A stretch of 64,000 nucleotides of DNA from an uncultured bacterium (GTDB lineage Bacteria > Zixibacteria > MSB-5A5 > GN15 > FEB-12): the NCBI GenBank assembly GCA_965372795.1, contig CBDVDR010000007.1, positions 64,001-128,000 on the forward strand, read 5' to 3'. The position numbers were made by a program, and so were the translations under genes. Below, in pieces: positions 1 to 10,915 of this stretch (positions are counted from its first letter, which is position 1; the number at the start of each line of letters is the position of its first letter). The notes below the pieces were generated by a model. It made no database searches and was not told the DNA's origin. It worked only from the letters and a program-made list of their open reading frames with translations.

Positions 1-42
1 AAAGTTATCCGTGATTTCCTGAACAAGATAGAAAGTAAATAA
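1..42 (+). CDS. 3' end of a gene entering from the left (KVIRDFLNKIESK*)
   Basis: Open frame from base 1 to TAA at 40-42; too short to assign. Confidence 0.4.
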   Translation, partial: KVIRDFLNKIESK

Positions 43-169
43 GAAGAATGGCAGAACCTCTAAACACACTTCGTGTGATTAATTATATAGCAAATAATTT
101 AATATCTAAACATTAAATAAGTCTTTTTTTCTACTTTACTCCAGAAGGAAATTAACTATAATTTAAAAT

Positions 170-2194
170 ATGATAAGGACAAAATTATCAACATCACAAA
201 ACAGGGTAGAAATTCTATATCTAATCACACTTCTGTTGTATTTAGGTGCATCGTTTATCCCTGAGTACCGAGTTTGGGGATTTTCTGTTTGGAGTCATCA
301 ACCTGTTTATATCCCAATAATTCTATCAATTTTAAGTATTGCTTTATTTTCTTATTCCATTAATAATGATATTTCAAATTCTAATAATACAGAATCTACA
401 AAGCAATTTTGGTTATTTTCTATAATTATATTTATCAGTTTTGTTTTACTTTTTATAGTTTTTCGTTCACGTGCTCATTTTTTAGGTGACGGTTATACTG
501 TTCTATCAATATTGTCATCCGATGACCCGCTTTTAAAATCTCGTGAAATTGGAGAAGTGTACGCTCATTTATGGCTTAAGGACTTGTTAGCCTATGGAGG
601 TGAGAAAGCGGCACTTTTGAGCTTTCAATTGATTTCAATTATCTCCGGAGCTTTATTTTTATTAACCACCTTGTATTATTCATTTAAACTGTTCACTAAT
701 AATAAAAATCGAATTCTATTTTCACTCGGAATAATATCCGGTGGATATATGCTAATGTGCTTTGGTTATGTCGAGAACTACTCGATTTTTGTTTTATCTG
801 TTCTAGTTTATACATTTTTAGGATTATCTATATCGCTTGGGAAATCCTCACGATGGCTGATAATACCTGCCCAAATTGCAGCTGTTATATTTCATATCTT
901 TGGTGTAACGCTGATACCTGCAACAGTATATCTCTTATTTTCAAACTCAAAATATGGTAATAAATTAAAAAATATAGATAAGAAAACTAAAACACTAATT
1001 CTATTTGTTTCAGCTATTGGAGCAGTTGCCGGTTTCATATACTACTACAAAACAAATTTCTTCTTCTATTACTCTATCGTACCATTTATTTCTGATAAAT
1101 TCACATTGGATAATTACAGTATGTTTTCAATTGCTCATCTTTTGGATATGATCAATCTACTAGTGCTTGTCATCCCGGGAATAGGGTTATTATTGCTAAG
1201 TTTGTTCACGACCAAAATATCAATTCTATTAAAAGAGAGTCATTATTTCTTTTTGATGTTATTGTCTGTTTCTGTTTTAGGTGCGTCATTCATTTTTGAT
1301 CCAAAACTTGGAATGGCAAGAGACTGGGATTTGTTCTCATATATTGCGATTCCTATTTCAATTTTCTTTTACTACTATTTAATTCGTAATCGAGCAAATT
1401 TCCCTACTAACGTAACAATAGTTTTATTATCAATTTTCCTGGGATTCTTTTCTCTTTCAGCCAGAGTTATCAGTATCAATCAACCGGAAGTAGCAGTTGA
1501 GAATTTTACCGACTATATCAACTTAGATAAAGGTAAAAATCGAAATGCGAGATATCTTCTGGCAACTTACTACAAAAACATGGGTGACAATTTAGCAGTT
1601 AAAGAAATAGTAAAAAAATGGAATACCGATTATCCGGAAAGAGTTGTATTTCAAACCGGGTTTGCCTTAAAGAATGAAGGTAAAATAGTTGAAGCATCAG
1701 GATATTTTCAAAAAGTAATGCAAATGAACCCATCCTATATTGATGCCTGGATTAATTATGGTGAATGCTTAACTAATTTAAAAAGATATAGCGAAGCAAT
1801 CCAATATTTAGAGGTAGGGGTTGGCTTAAGCCCCTATGATGCGAGTGGTTATAATAACCTTGGGGTTTGTTTTATGGGTACTGCTCAATATGATAAAGCA
1901 GAAAAAGTACTAAAAACTTGTGAGTCTTTGCCACAAGTAACTTTTGTGACTTTGTATAATCTAACTACTTTGTATCGATTGACAAGAGACCACGAACTGT
2001 ATCTGGAGTATTTAATAAAATCAGGGACTCATAAAGAAGCAGGCCTTTTTGCATTAAAAGAACTTGGTAATTATTATTTAGTAACAGCCCAATACCAGAG
2101 AGCTAAACAGATTTATTTAAGAGGTATTAATCTTGGCATGGATCAACGTTTTGAAGATTCCTTAAGACAAAATTATCCAATGCTTGGGTTATAA
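170..2194 (+). CDS. Multi-pass membrane protein with C-terminal TPR repeats (possible GT-C-type glycosyltransferase-like)
   Basis: About 11-12 hydrophobic segments in the first ~435 aa, then TPR-like repeats (DAWINYGECL, SGYNNLGVCF). Confidence 0.7.
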   Translation: MIRTKLSTSQNRVEILYLITLLLYLGASFIPEYRVWGFSVWSHQPVYIPIILSILSIALFSYSINNDISNSNNTESTKQFWLFSIIIFISFVLLFIVFRSRAHFLGDGYTVLSILSSDDPLLKSREIGEVYAHLWLKDLLAYGGEKAALLSFQLISIISGALFLLTTLYYSFKLFTNNKNRILFSLGIISGGYMLMCFGYVENYSIFVLSVLVYTFLGLSISLGKSSRWLIIPAQIAAVIFHIFGVTLIPATVYLLFSNSKYGNKLKNIDKKTKTLILFVSAIGAVAGFIYYYKTNFFFYYSIVPFISDKFTLDNYSMFSIAHLLDMINLLVLVIPGIGLLLLSLFTTKISILLKESHYFFLMLLSVSVLGASFIFDPKLGMARDWDLFSYIAIPISIFFYYYLIRNRANFPTNVTIVLLSIFLGFFSLSARVISINQPEVAVENFTDYINLDKGKNRNARYLLATYYKNMGDNLAVKEIVKKWNTDYPERVVFQTGFALKNEGKIVEASGYFQKVMQMNPSYIDAWINYGECLTNLKRYSEAIQYLEVGVGLSPYDASGYNNLGVCFMGTAQYDKAEKVLKTCESLPQVTFVTLYNLTTLYRLTRDHELYLEYLIKSGTHKEAGLFALKELGNYYLVTAQYQRAKQIYLRGINLGMDQRFEDSLRQNYPMLGL

Positions 2195-2203
2195 ATTTCA
2201 AGA

Positions 2204-4894
2204 TTAGTTTAGGCTGCTATAGGATTCGTATTTTTCAAGTAGTGCTTTAAAGCGAGGGATGTTTTGTAACGGCGCAAAAATCGGATCGGCTCTTAAATAT
2301 TTAACTGAGCTCCAGGATGGAATTGATAAGAGCAACTCAAGTTCTTCAATTGCATTATCATATTCTCCAACGATTGTGTATATAGTAGCCATGACCATGA
2401 CTGCGTCCGGTCCTCACCAGTGGCAGTCGTCAACCGACATCAACTCCTTGGATGTTTTACCCGCTTTTATAGCTTCTTCTTTATTACCCATTAAGGCATA
2501 TGTGAGACCAAGTTCTGCAAAGGCATGAAACTCGGGTTCACCTTGATCAATAATATTAGTTAAGATAATCCTTGAAGAATCATAATAAATTAGAGCCGAA
2601 TCATGATGTCCTGAGAGTTCATATAGATGGCCTATGTTCATCTGTATAATATGAGGTGATCGCTCAGCAATCGTTCCTTTAATATTGCTTAACTTTCGAA
2701 TATTCTCTATTTCAATTTGAGGGTCATATAAATCAGGAATGTATCTCCACAGCCCAAGTGAGGTACCTGAAGTCAGTTCATAGGTTGATATTTCAGCCAA
2801 TCCAACTTTTTCATATAATGTTTTAAATTCTTCAACATCGTATTCGATATTACCATAACGCAGAAGGTTAATTAAAACTTTCAGATACGCAGCATCAGCA
2901 TTATTAGGATCCAGAACCAGAGCACGATTTATATAATTATCCGCTTCTTCGTAATTCCTAGTCATACTTAAACTATTGGCTATGTAAAAGTATCTTCTAT
3001 CAGACAAGGGGTCAATTCGGATAGCTTCTTCAAATTTTTCATTCGCTTCATCCCATTTTCCCTGACGCATTTTAACAATTCCAATAGCCTGTGAGAGTTC
3101 GGCATTGCTGGTAAGTTCGGATTTGGCTCTATTAAATGATGACAATGCTTTTTCGTAATCTCTTTCGATATAATTGGAATAGGTACCCATCGCAATTTGA
3201 GCGGTTGGCAAAGTAGGATCAAGAGCCAGTGCTTTTTCAGCAGCTTTTAAAGCTTCATTTTTATGATATTTTCCATTGACCGATGTAAAATGAAAATTAA
3301 AGGTCGAATGATTCATTGATTTTTGAGCCCAGGCTAAAGCGAAATTTGAGTCAAGGGCTATGGCTGAGTCAAACATATTTATAGATCCCTGAAAATCAGA
3401 CATCCGTAAATTATGACTTGAAATCTCAAGACCCCGAAGATAAAAATTATACGCCGCCATATTTGTAGTCGGAGCATAATCAGGAGCCAGTTTATCTGTT
3501 TCCACTAAAGTCAAGCCTAAGGCGATTACAATCTGTTCAGCTATTTTTGATTGAACATCAAATATTTGCACTAATTGTTGCTCATAAATATCCGACCACA
3601 TCAGATAATTATCACTGGTTTTGGTCAATCTGGGGGTAATGCGAATACGGTCGACTTCACCGGATTTATCCCAACGTATAGTCGCCTCAAGAACATAATC
3701 GGAATTGGTTTCCTGTCCGATTTGTTCAATGCTCTTGTCAGTCTCTTTAAATTTATCAGCAGTTCTTGGTGAAATAACACGCAGTCCCTTTACAGTCGAC
3801 AAACGTGAACTGATTTCATCACGAATACCATCGGAAAAATATTCATCCTCTCCGGCACCAAGATTCTCAAACGGTAACACAATCAATACTGGCGGTTTAT
3901 TTACTATTTGTTCGGGTTGATTATAAAAATACATAAAACCGATTACAATTATAAGAAAAACTGCAACCGCTGACATTTTGAAATATAAATTTTTAAATGA
4001 CGTCTCATGTGTTCTACCAGAAGGATAGGTATGTGATTGCGAATCATACATGAGTCTTTTTAAGTCAGCAATGACACCCTCGGCTGACTGATATCTGAGT
4101 TCTTTGTCTTTTTCGATAAGTTTTAAAATAATATCCTGCAACTTATCTGGAACGTCTGATTTATACCTGTTAATTGGTTCCGGATTACTTTCAATAATAG
4201 CTTTTAATGTCGCGCCTTCATTATCACGCTTAAAAGGAGTTCTTCCGCATAATAATTCATACAGCACGATACCCAATGAAAAAAGGTCCGAACGGTGGTC
4301 GATATCTCTCCCTGAAATTTGTTCGGGTGACATATATGAAACAGTTCCAAGGGTCGAACCGGTTTTGGTTAGTTTATCATCACCCTCTGTGGCAGCTAAA
4401 CCAAAATCCAGCAGTCGTATTCTATTTGTCCTATCAAGGGCAATATTAGCAGGTTTTATGTCTCGATGGGTAATGCCATGTCGATGTGCTTCCCCCAGTC
4501 CCTGACATATTTGCAAGGCGAATTCGATGATAGCATCTGCCGGCTGTGGTTTCTCTTTTATGAAATAACGCAGCGAATGTCCATCAATATTTTCCATAAC
4601 AAAAAAAGGACGACCATTAAACTCACTTACTTCGTGGATAGTAACAATATTTGGATGGTTCAGCTTTGCAACAGCTTGAGCCTCTCTTTGAAATCGTTTT
4701 TTAATATCATCATTATTTAAGAATTGTGTAGGAAGAAATTTCAGGGCAATATTTCGTTTCAGTTTTGTATCTTCAGCCAGATAAACCTCACCCATACCAC
4801 CGGCACCAATTTTTTCAATTATTTTGTATTGATGAACCACGGTTCCTTTAGTCAGAACAACAACTGTTCGGGTATTGTCATCTTTTTGATTCAT
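2204..4894 (-). CDS. Hanks-type Ser/Thr protein kinase - TM - TolB-like - TPR protein; 896 aa if the in-frame TGA at 2414-2416 is read through (candidate selenocysteine)
   Basis: Kinase motifs GAGGMGEVY, ALK, HRDIKPAN, DFG, GTVSYMSPEQ; TM AVAVFLIIVIGFMYF; VLPFEN TolB-like motif; TPRs. ORF 2204..2398 is in frame 5 codons past the TGA and supplies the typical tail of this architecture (LRADPIFAPL..PRFKALL). Confidence 0.88.
2387..2402 (-). promoter_or_regulatory. Candidate bacterial SECIS element of the kinase gene
   Basis: Minus strand AGUCAU-GGUC-AUGGCU: 6-bp stem with one G.U, loop starting GGU, beginning 11 nt after the UGA. Confidence 0.65.
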
Positions 4895-5258
4895 TATACC
4901 TTCACGATCAGGTTTACACTTTTTAGCTTAAGACTATACTCCAATTTTGAGTGAATTCAATATACAATATCTTTATTTTCAACCAAGACTTTATTGATAA
5001 ATTTTACCTACATTACTAAAATCTACGATAGGAATAAGTTATTTTCTGAAAATATTGAGATATATACTAATCAGATATTTTTATATTAAGTATTTGAATG
5101 AAAGATGCTTATAGAGATTAATATTGGGTCATAAATTATATGTATTCTAATTGTAATCAATCAATCTTTGAGTTATAATCGACTAAAAGGGCTAAATAAA
5201 AGCCTTGTGTGATTCGTCAGTAATTGATATAATTTAGTAACTCAAACCGGGAATAAAT

Positions 5259-6191
5259 ATGTCAAGAAAATTTACTAGAAGATCATTTATCAAGAGTAGC
5301 GCCACTCTCGGAGCGGCAACCCTTGCCGGCGGTTATCTTTTGCCGGAAATATTAAATGCCACCGAAATCACCAAACTCGACATAGCGTCAGTAGCAGGAA
5401 CCGACTATTACCAGGATACTATTGAATCAGTCAGAATGCTTGGCGGGATGAACAAATTTATTACAAGCGGTGATAAGGTTGCCATCCTTCCGAACGCAAT
5501 TGGGAAATATCCGGCGACAACCGTCAATCCGTTAGTTTTATTGGCAACTATTGCGATGTGCTTTGAAGCGGGCGCAAAAGAGATAAACCTTATTAAGGGA
5601 GTTTCTGAAAAATATTGGAACGGAAAAAATATCACCGATGATCAAATGGCTGCCTTTCAGAGATGCACTATCTCTAAACAGGAATTTGATATCATGCCAA
5701 TCAAGGATGGAATAGCACTCAAGGAAGCGCATATCAGCAAAGATCTGATGAATGCCGATAAATTTATCAATCTCGCTCATGTGAAACACCACAGCGGGCC
5801 ACAATTTACCGGCCTGCTTAAAAATTTGATGGGTGCCTGTCCTCATAACCCTACCAATAAATTTTTCCATTTTGGCTCGAATGCCTCTGATTGGTATGGA
5901 GATATAGATTTTCTTTCACAGTGTGTGGCAGATTTGAATATTTTGAGGAAACCTGACCTCTGTATTGCCGATTCGACCGAATTCCTGATTACTAACGGAC
6001 CATTCGGTCCCGGTGAAGTTAAAAAATCAGACACAGTTACTGCCGGGTTGAATCCGGTAGCAGTCGATGCCTTTTGTACCAAATTCCTTTCCTTAAAAAT
6101 TGAGGCTGTTGCGATGATCAAAATGTCGGCTCAGCATGGTCTGGGCGAAATGAATCTTGATAAACTGAACATTAAAGAAGCGATTGTCTGA
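5259..6191 (+). CDS. Tat-exported DUF362 domain protein
   Basis: TRRSFIK twin-arginine signal; GDKVAILPN, INLAHVKHH, LKNLMG, NPVAVD motifs. Confidence 0.8.
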   Translation: MSRKFTRRSFIKSSATLGAATLAGGYLLPEILNATEITKLDIASVAGTDYYQDTIESVRMLGGMNKFITSGDKVAILPNAIGKYPATTVNPLVLLATIAMCFEAGAKEINLIKGVSEKYWNGKNITDDQMAAFQRCTISKQEFDIMPIKDGIALKEAHISKDLMNADKFINLAHVKHHSGPQFTGLLKNLMGACPHNPTNKFFHFGSNASDWYGDIDFLSQCVADLNILRKPDLCIADSTEFLITNGPFGPGEVKKSDTVTAGLNPVAVDAFCTKFLSLKIEAVAMIKMSAQHGLGEMNLDKLNIKEAIV

Positions 6192-6198
6192 AAAACTC

Positions 6199-6687
6199 AT
6201 GAAAATATTAATTCTTATAATAGGTTTAGGCGTCCTTTGGAGTGGATGTAGCCAGAATTGCTCAAACAAAAGTATTGGCAGGTATTTTCCTGATAATAAC
6301 GAAGTTGTTGGATGGGTGGCAAATGACACCGTACGGACATTTGTTGGTCAAGATCTTTTTAAATTGATCAACGGCGGAGCCGAGCTGTATCACGAAAATG
6401 GGTTTGTTCAAATTGTCACTTTGACTTTTGGAAACAGTACCAACCAGGAGATCAGCATTGAAATTTATGAGATGGGCACCCCCGATGGCGCAACGGATTC
6501 CTATATGAGCAAAATTTCACCCGCAGGAAAAAAGGTCGAAATAGGCGACGAGGCTCTCCTGAACAGTTATTATTTAAATTTCAGACAGGGGAAATATATT
6601 GTTACGCTGGTCGGATATAGCGATGACACTGAAACAATTAGTGGACTAAATGGGCTGGCAAAGGTCATTTCTACAAACATTGATTAG
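6199..6687 (+). CDS. Lipoprotein (DUF6599-like)
   Basis: ATG at 6199; lipobox LWSGC; LFKLINGGAELY motif. Confidence 0.6.
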   Translation: MKILILIIGLGVLWSGCSQNCSNKSIGRYFPDNNEVVGWVANDTVRTFVGQDLFKLINGGAELYHENGFVQIVTLTFGNSTNQEISIEIYEMGTPDGATDSYMSKISPAGKKVEIGDEALLNSYYLNFRQGKYIVTLVGYSDDTETISGLNGLAKVISTNID

Positions 6688-6805
6688 TTTAGTTCTATTT
6701 TATTAATAAAAATTAAATCTTTTATAAACTTTTTCCGAATAGTATAGTTATAAGTTCGTAATACTAATTTCAAATTAATATTTATAATAATAAGAAAACA
6801 ATGCT

Positions 6806-7915
6806 TTGGAACTTAAATTTAAGCAAATAGAAAACTTAGACGATTTTCTACCAATCAAAGAGCAGTGGAACACTTTGGTTAAATCAACTCAATTGGACCA
6901 TGCCTTTTTTAGACATGAATGGTTTTCCTGCTGGATAAAACATATTAAACCAAAAAGCCAGTTAATGATTCAGACTGCCTGGAAGGGCGATCAACTGGTG
7001 GCGGCGGCCCCGATGCATATTATCAAAGAGGTTCGCAAGGGAACCCCGTTGAACCTGCTTAGTTTTCTGGTCTCGGGCATATCCCCCCGTTGTAATTTTA
7101 TAATCCATCCCTCAATAGATGAAAAATTATTTTTTGATTCTTTGTTTAACATAAAAGGGTGGAATGTAATCGAGCTGCAGGCGTTGGAAGAAAGCCAGGA
7201 GACAACCAAAATATTTCTAAAGTATCTGAAAAACAAAAGCAAACCATTCTATATCGAAGAGGGACTTCAGTCTCCTTATGATAATTTTGAGACAGACTGG
7301 GATGCTTATTTAGAAAATCGCTCAAGGAAATTTAAATATAATTACAAAAGTTCATTAAAAAGAATGAACAAAGCCAAGTCCTATCATATTTTATCAATCG
7401 ATACCTATGATGAATTTGAGAAATATTTTGATAAGCTGATTGAGATTTCCGGAAAAAGCTGGAAGAGTAAATTCAAGACTGATTTATACAATGTTCCAGC
7501 GTTAGCAAAATTTTATCTTGAGTTCAGCCGAATCGGTTCAGCCGACAAGCTGTTTGGAATGATATTATTATTTATCAATGATGAGCCGGTTGCCTTTGAT
7601 TATTTTTTGAAAAATCGTAATCGGAAAGTCGGGCTGCGCTGTGATCATGATGAAAATTTTAAGTATTATATGCCGGGAATTTTCATTCATAATCACAATA
7701 TTAAATCAATGTTTGACGATGAAGACGCCTGGGAGTTTGATTGCTCGGGGATGAAATCTGATTTTAAACTTGAGATGGTTGATAAAATCAGAAAGCATAT
7801 TGATATTACGGTTGGTTCGGCCAGTCTTTACAGTAAATTTTTGATGCTGTGTAAAAGGATGTTAATGATAAAGTCTGGGGCGATGCCTTTTCATTTAAGT
7901 TACAAAGTAAAATAG
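6806..7915 (+). CDS. GNAT family N-acetyltransferase, CelD/BcsL (Acetyltransf_6) type
   Basis: QWNTL..HAFFRHEW, DWDAYL, SWK, Y.PG, EFD motifs; paralog of 8982..10052. Confidence 0.8.
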   Translation: MELKFKQIENLDDFLPIKEQWNTLVKSTQLDHAFFRHEWFSCWIKHIKPKSQLMIQTAWKGDQLVAAAPMHIIKEVRKGTPLNLLSFLVSGISPRCNFIIHPSIDEKLFFDSLFNIKGWNVIELQALEESQETTKIFLKYLKNKSKPFYIEEGLQSPYDNFETDWDAYLENRSRKFKYNYKSSLKRMNKAKSYHILSIDTYDEFEKYFDKLIEISGKSWKSKFKTDLYNVPALAKFYLEFSRIGSADKLFGMILLFINDEPVAFDYFLKNRNRKVGLRCDHDENFKYYMPGIFIHNHNIKSMFDDEDAWEFDCSGMKSDFKLEMVDKIRKHIDITVGSASLYSKFLMLCKRMLMIKSGAMPFHLSYKVK

Positions 7916-7916
7916 T

Positions 7917-8975
7917 TTAATTCTTTAACATCTCTCTGATGGCGAATTTAATAATTCGTATCGAAGCTTCTGCTTTAGAATCTCCATAGATATTAAATCG
8001 TTTTAATTTGAACAAATCTAAACCTGAAGTTGAACTTTTTATAATTCCCGATTGAGTTGTAAACCCCACTTTATACCCAGCCTCTGATGAAGCACGGGCA
8101 ACCCGATCATCAAATGAACCCGCCGGATAGCAGATAGACAAAACATTTTTTAATAATTTAGTTTCAAGCATCTCTTTGGAAATAACTGCTTCACGAGAGA
8201 TTTCTTCATCTGATAATTGCGCCATTTTACGATGGGTTTTTGAATGAGATTCAATATCGATTTTAAATTTCGAGATATGTTTGAGTTCTTCCCAGGTCAT
8301 GCATCTGATCGGCAATTTATATTCCAAGCGGGAAATTGAAACCATTTTTTCAACACAACTATCAAGTTCGGCTTGCATCATTTTATCAAGGGCGTTTACA
8401 AGTTTAGGACAGATTTCAAAACGATTAAAAGTTTCTTCCGTTTGCGCCGATTTTATTATTGTGGCTATGGAATTTGGGAAGGTGCTACTTTCCCGGACAA
8501 TATCCTGCCATCCTTCCCAGGAAATATAATGCATCAAATTTGAAATTTGGAGATGCCAGAATTTTTTGTCGGAATCAACATAATCAGTCGGGACAAAGAT
8601 TGTTGCCGGGCAATTAAATTTCTGAAGGGCAGGTAAAGCGTTTTGGATAAAATCGTAGTCGCCGTCGTCGTAGGTTATCAGGGCAGAATTTTTTGTCAGC
8701 TTTTTTTCATTAGTAACTATTTTAACAAATTCAGCTATTGTAAGAGTTTTGAAATAACTGTCTATTGCCTCAATCTGGTTTTGGTGAACGGTTTTATCCA
8801 AGCCCTGATCATAGGACATAAAATAATCATTTGGGTTGCTGTCGGTTATGCGATGAAATGTAAACACCATGAGCAGTTTTTTTTGGGTTAGTAAATTGAG
8901 CATAAACAGACATAATCTTACCAACCCTGTATAATAAATCAGTTTATTGATACTCTGTTTGATTGATGTTGCCAT
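7917..8975 (-). CDS. Polysaccharide deacetylase (CE4/NodB family)
   Basis: FHR, ITYDDG, ESHSKTH, CYPAG motifs. Confidence 0.88.
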   Translation of the reverse strand: MATSIKQSINKLIYYTGLVRLCLFMLNLLTQKKLLMVFTFHRITDSNPNDYFMSYDQGLDKTVHQNQIEAIDSYFKTLTIAEFVKIVTNEKKLTKNSALITYDDGDYDFIQNALPALQKFNCPATIFVPTDYVDSDKKFWHLQISNLMHYISWEGWQDIVRESSTFPNSIATIIKSAQTEETFNRFEICPKLVNALDKMMQAELDSCVEKMVSISRLEYKLPIRCMTWEELKHISKFKIDIESHSKTHRKMAQLSDEEISREAVISKEMLETKLLKNVLSICYPAGSFDDRVARASSEAGYKVGFTTQSGIIKSSTSGLDLFKLKRFNIYGDSKAEASIRIIKFAIREMLKN

Positions 8976-8981
8976 ATTTTC

Positions 8982-10052
8982 TTATTTTGAACGTAATAGC
9001 TTCTGTTTTGCAAAAATCAATAAATTGCCAATAATACCCGGAGAACCAAAAGTAATATCAATATGTTTTCTGATATCGGGCACAAGTTTCGCTTTATGCT
9101 CGGTAATGTGTCCGGTCAAATCATACTCCCATTTTTCGCCACTGTCCATCAGCTCTTTAATAACATGGTTATGAATTACAGTTCCAGGCATATAGAAACT
9201 GAATTCTTCATCATATTCCCATCGCAATCCAGCCAGTCGGTTGTCGTGATTCAAATAGTAACTAAAGGCTGCCATTTTATTATTCACAAAAAGTATATAT
9301 AATACAAAAAGGTTATCCTTTGAGCCTAATCGACTAAAAGTTTTATAAAAATTAGCCATTTCCGGCATTGATTTAAAATCGGTCCCGCCCTTGGCTTTCC
9401 AGCTTTTACCTGAAACTTCGACTAATAATTCATAAAATTCTTCAAAATCCTCAAAATTATCGACTTTGATTATCTCAAAATCACCTGCTTTTTTGAGCCG
9501 ATTGGGATATTTACGATAGTTGTTTTTGAAATTTCGCGATTTTTTTTCTAAATAGGATTCCCAATTGGGGTCCAACATTTCATAGGGCGACTGGATACCA
9601 TTTTCTACGACAACTTTCCTCTTTTTTTTCAGATAATTTACAAATTTTATCGTGAGGGGATTATCAGCCTCAACTGATTTCAACTCGCATATATCCCACC
9701 CTTTAATTTTAAAAATTATATCAAAAAACAGAGTAGGATCATACGATTGATCAATAAGAAAATTACATCGGGGTGAAACACTGGATTTCATAAATGATAG
9801 AATTCTAAGATTAAGTTCTTTTCGAATATCTTTGATAATATGCAATGGCGCCGCCGCTACCAGTTTATCTTTATCCCAACAAGTTGGCACGACCAGACGG
9901 CTGTCGGTCATCAAATTCCGTATCCAGCTTTCGAACCATTCATGCCTCATAAAAGCATGGTCAATCCCGGTTGCTTTTGCGAGATTATTCCATTGAACTT
10001 TCAGGCTGCAAAACTTTTCAAAAGTTGTTATTAGTTCAAATCTCAATTTCAT
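8982..10052 (-). CDS. GNAT family N-acetyltransferase, CelD/BcsL type
   Basis: Same motifs as 6806..7915 (DHAFMRHEWF, SPRCNF, SGKSWK, YMPG). Confidence 0.8.
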   Translation of the reverse strand: MKLRFELITTFEKFCSLKVQWNNLAKATGIDHAFMRHEWFESWIRNLMTDSRLVVPTCWDKDKLVAAAPLHIIKDIRKELNLRILSFMKSSVSPRCNFLIDQSYDPTLFFDIIFKIKGWDICELKSVEADNPLTIKFVNYLKKKRKVVVENGIQSPYEMLDPNWESYLEKKSRNFKNNYRKYPNRLKKAGDFEIIKVDNFEDFEEFYELLVEVSGKSWKAKGGTDFKSMPEMANFYKTFSRLGSKDNLFVLYILFVNNKMAAFSYYLNHDNRLAGLRWEYDEEFSFYMPGTVIHNHVIKELMDSGEKWEYDLTGHITEHKAKLVPDIRKHIDITFGSPGIIGNLLIFAKQKLLRSK

Positions 10053-10147
10053 ACGTTTATAAAATCATCAATTCCTAAGCATAATGCTACAATTGTTCAA
10101 ATTTAGTGTCTAATTTAAATATCGGTTTTTATGAGTAAAAATTTAAA

Positions 10148-10831
10148 CTAATTCCAGTATAATCCTTCAGGCGGAGTTTTGATAAAGATATGCAATTTTC
10201 TGGTTGGGTGCGGCCAGTATTGATAATAAGTAATTTTGATGCCAAAAAGTGACAGATGGTATGATTCGCCAACTAACTTGAAATTCATTCTTTTATGCAC
10301 CATTATTGAATATTTATTTAAGGAATTGACTGCTGCATAGACTACATTTTTATTTATATTTTTAAATGATTGATTTAACTTATTAATGGCAACCGGGAAA
10401 AGTCCTTTAAGGCGAACAGATTTATCAGAAGCTCCTCCATAAAAAATGACTCCTTTATCCCCCGGGTCTAATATAGAACCGCCTAATTTTAAATACCTCT
10501 TTCCAGGTGAGCCCCAAATTTGTGTAAGGATTTTGTCATCCTGACCTAATATGTAACATCGATCGCCATTGTCTAACCGTTCTTTAAGCAGATTTTTGCT
10601 AATACCTGTTTTGAGGAAGAGATTACCATCATCTATTGTTGCAAATCTTTGGAAATATCCATTCAATTCTCGGGTTCTAACTTTAGGCTGGTCCGTTCTT
10701 AACAACACGGCATGCATATAATTAAAGAACCTATCATTTGACCGCCACGAAATGGCATAAAATAGTTCATCAATGTTTAATTTAAACAAGTGATTAAATA
10801 AATTTCCAATTGATTTAAATTTATTATTCAT
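10148..10831 (-). CDS. GNAT-like protein, tandem paralog 1
   Basis: Likely ATG at 10831; RLKGL acetyl-CoA-loop-like segment, N..S...H...F pattern; C-terminus nearly identical to 10916..11587. Confidence 0.6.
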   Translation of the reverse strand: MNNKFKSIGNLFNHLFKLNIDELFYAISWRSNDRFFNYMHAVLLRTDQPKVRTRELNGYFQRFATIDDGNLFLKTGISKNLLKERLDNGDRCYILGQDDKILTQIWGSPGKRYLKLGGSILDPGDKGVIFYGGASDKSVRLKGLFPVAINKLNQSFKNINKNVVYAAVNSLNKYSIMVHKRMNFKLVGESYHLSLFGIKITYYQYWPHPTRKLHIFIKTPPEGLYWN

Positions 10832-10915
10832 ACTATTTAATAATTCATAAGAGAAATGTTTCAATAAATCTGAATAACCGTCTATAATTTCATCGGTTAA
10901 AAAAAATATTAATAA

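Noticed and set aside
2204..2398. 64-aa ORF as an independent gene
   Set aside because: It is in frame with the kinase and reads as the tail of that architecture.
6189..6191. TGA readthrough at the end of the DUF362 gene
   Set aside because: The domain is complete, the next gene starts 8 nt later, and no hairpin or meaningful extension is evident.
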